From NCBI GenBank assembly GCA_964016885.1, contig OZ024740.1:166966001-167030000 (forward strand): a stretch of 64,000 nucleotides of DNA, read 5' to 3'. Shown in pieces: positions 59,561-64,000 of this stretch (within the stretch, counting starts at the first letter, position 1; the number at the start of each line of letters is the position of its first letter). A program made the translations under genes and the position numbers. Source of the stretch: Eledone cirrhosa. Lineage: Eukaryota. The notes under the pieces are model-generated. The model was not told the DNA's origin. It worked only from the letters and a program-made list of their open reading frames with translations, and made no database searches.

Positions 59561-62500
59561 CATATATATATATATATATATCATATATATATATAATATA
59601 TATATAAATATATATAATATATATATATATATATAATATATAATATATATATATATATCATATATATATATATCATATATATATATATCATATATAAATA
59701 TATCATATATATATATAAAATATATATATATATAAATCATATTTATATATCATATATATATATCATATATATTTATATATCTTATATCATATATATATAT
59801 CATATATATATATGATATATATATATATCATATATATATATGATATATATATATCATATATATATCATATATATATATATAACTTATATATATATATATC
59901 ATATATATATATGTATATCATATATATATATATCATATATATATATCATATATATATAATATATATATCATATATATATATATCATATATATATCATATA
60001 TGTATATATCATATATATATATATCATATATATATATATATCTTATATATATATATCATATATATATAATATATATATCATATATATATATCATATATAT
60101 ATATATCATATATATATAATATATATATCATATATATATATATCATATATATATATAACATATATATATATATCATATATATATATATATATATCATAAA
60201 TATATATATCATATATATATATATGATACATATATATTTATCATATATATAATATATATATATATCATACATATATATAAAATATATATATATAATATAT
60301 CATATATATATATAATATATATATATATCATATATATATGTGGAAAAATACATTCAGTGCTTGAATTGAATTGCATCAATGTTTACCCTAATATATATAT
60401 CATATATATATATATATTATTTATATATATATATCATATATATATATATATGATATATATATATATCATATATATATGATATATATATATAATATATATA
60501 TCATATATATATCATATATATGTATCATATATATATATATATATCATATATATATCATATATATATCATATACATATATATCTTATATATATATATCATA
60601 TATATATATATATGTCATATATATATATATCATATATATATATATCATATATATATATAATATATATATATATCATATATATATATATATCATATATATA
60701 TATCATATTTATATAAAATATATATATATATATATCAGATATATATATATAACATATATATATATCCTATATATATATCATATATATATATATCATATAT
60801 ATGTATATTTCATATATATATAATACATATATATATATCATATATATATATATAATATATATATATAATATATTATATATATATATAATATATATATATA
60901 TATCATTTATATATGTGGAAAATACGTTGAGTGCTTGAATTGAATTGCATCAATGTTTCCCCTAATATATGTATATCATATATATATATATATCATATAT
61001 ATATATATATCATATATATATATATCATATATACATATATATGATAAATATATATATCATATATATATATGATATATATATATATCATAGATATATATAT
61101 ATATATATGATATATATATCATATATATATGATATATATATATAATATATATATGATATATATATATATATCTTATAAGTATGATATATATATATATCAT
61201 ATATATATATATATCATATATATATCATATATATATATATCATATATATATATGATATATATATATATAATATATATATGATATATATATATGCCATATA
61301 TATATGATATATATATATATCATATATAATATATATATCATATATAATATATATATCATATATATATATATCATATATATATCATATATAATATATATAT
61401 ATATATATCATATATATATATATATCATATATATATAATATATATATACATCTTATACATATATAATATATATATATAACATATATATATTTGTATATCA
61501 TATATATATAATATATATATAATATATATCTATATATAATATATATACATATATATCATATATCATATAGATATCATATATATATATATATAAATATATA
61601 TCATATATATATATATATATATCATATATAAATATATATCATATATATATATATCATATATATATATATATATATATTATATATACATATCATATATATA
61701 TATTTCATATATGTATATATATATCATATATATATATCATATATATACATCATATATATATATATAATACATATATATATATCATATATATATATAATAT
61801 ATATAATATATATCATATATATATATATAATGTATATATATAATATATCATATATATATATATATATCATATAGATATTTAGATATATCATATATATATA
61901 TATATATCATATATATATATATATGATATATCATAAATATATATATCATATTTAATATATATCATATATATATATATATAATATATATATATATATCATA
62001 TATATATATATAATATATATATATAATATATCTTATATATATAATATATATATATATCATATATATATATAATATATATATAATATTTCATAATATATCA
62101 GAACAAAAGATGGTTAAAAGAGTTCCATGTATTTTATTATACGCATTGCTTTATTGTACTACAATAAAACTCACATCCTACATATAATATATCATATATA
62201 TATATATATCATATATAAGTAAGATGTATGGTAGGTCGTATGTGAATCGCGATGATCAGGTCTGACTTACCAAATATGTGACGGTAGCTAGTTAACCTCT
62301 ATGCGTATACGCAGAGCAGAAATATTAGTGAAAAAGAACAAAGGAACTATTATGACATTATAACAAGTTTAATAGTTCCTTTGTTCTTTTTCACTAATAT
62401 ATCATATATATATATATAACATATATATATATATATATCATATATATATATATATCATATATATATATATAACATATATATATATATATATATATCATAT

Positions 62501-64000
62501 ATATATATCATATATATATATCATATATATTTATATATCATATATATATATATATAATGTATATATATATATATCATATATATATATCATATATATATAT
62601 ATCATATATATATCATATATATATATATCATACATATATCATATATATATATATCATATATATATATATATATATATCATATATATAGATATATAATATA
62701 TATATCATATATATATATATCATATATATATTATATATATATCATATATATATATCATATATATATGATATATATATATCATATATATATATCATATATA
62801 TATATATCATATATATATCATATATATATATATCATACATATATCATATATATATATATCATATATATATATATATATATATCATATATATAGATATATA
62901 ATATATATATCATATATATATATATCATATATATATTATATATATATCATATATATATATCATATATATATGATATATATATATCATATATATATATATC
63001 TTATATATATATATCATATATATATATATATCATATATATATATCATATATATATATCATATATATATATATCATATATATATATAATATATATATATAT
63101 ATATCATATATATATATATATATCATATATATATATATATATCATATATATATATATATATCATATATATATATATATAACATATATATATATATCATAT
63201 ATATATATCATATATATATATATATATCATATATATATATATATCATATATATATAATACATATATATATATCATATATATTATATATATATATATATCA
63301 TATATATATATATAATATATATATGTAATATATTATATATATATATAATATATATATATATCATTTATATATGTGGAAAATACGTTGAGTGCTTGAATTG
63401 AATTGCATCAAAGTTTACCCTAATATATATAACATATATATATATATGATATATATATATATCATATATATATATATATATATCATATATATATATATAT
63501 ATCATATATATATATGATATATATATATATCATATATATATATATATATTTATGATATATATATATAATATATATATGATATATATATATAATATATATA
63601 TGATATATATATATAATATATATATGATATATATATATATATATCATATATATATGATATATATATATAATATATATATGATATATATATATATATCATA
63701 TAAGTATGATATATATATATATCATATATATATATATCATATATATATATATCATATATATATCATATATATATATATCATATATATATATATCATATAT
63801 ATATATATAATATATACGATATATATATATATGTCATATATATATGATATATATATCATATATAATATATATATCATATATAATATATATATATATATCA
63901 TATATATATATATCATATATATATCATATATAATATATATATATATCATATATATATATATCATATATATATACATCTTATACATATATAATATATATAT
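58168..64000. repeat. (TA)n-derived satellite with ATC/GAT interruptions and higher-order duplications
   Basis: Direct reading. A 50-bp island is repeated at 60340, 60915 and 63373. A 31-bp-arm hairpin lies at 62322-62400. Confidence 0.9.

Overview
Repeat-saturated eukaryotic DNA, very probably an octopus (cephalopod) genome. This is inferred from the extreme (TA)n/(TG)n load and from SINE heads and tails I recognise as typical Octopus repeats; I did not confirm it by search. There is a 200-N assembly gap at 33657-33856. No host gene can be firmly supported, and most ORF-track entries are microsatellite artefacts. The real content is a dense set of Penelope-like retroelements (PLEs; RT + GIY-YIG). 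They fall into two clearly different types: a Naiad-like YSxKNIP/MGSxD type at 2.8-3.9, 5.5-7.3, 19.2-25.1, 45.0-49.0 and 54.4-56.8 kb, and a YVDD/LPVLD type at 41.2-43.9, 49.0-50.3 and 53.2-54.4 kb. Most insertions end at (TA)n tracts. About 20 minimal type-I hammerhead ribozymes (HHRs) from roughly ten families lie in their pseudo-LTRs and in solo or inverted remnants. The most notable candidate system is two non-coding retrozyme-like families (422-bp and 320-bp units, one HHR per unit). Each carries an ATGCAAAT octamer 70-90 nt upstream of the ribozyme, and both are inserted at (TA)n with PLE-style inverted geometry. Other oddities are a U3:A8 compensatory HHR core, a GUG/GUA asymmetric HHR pair inside a microsatellite-carrying pLTR, HHRs with 50-105 nt helix II expansions, and two head-to-head fusions of PLEs from different types.
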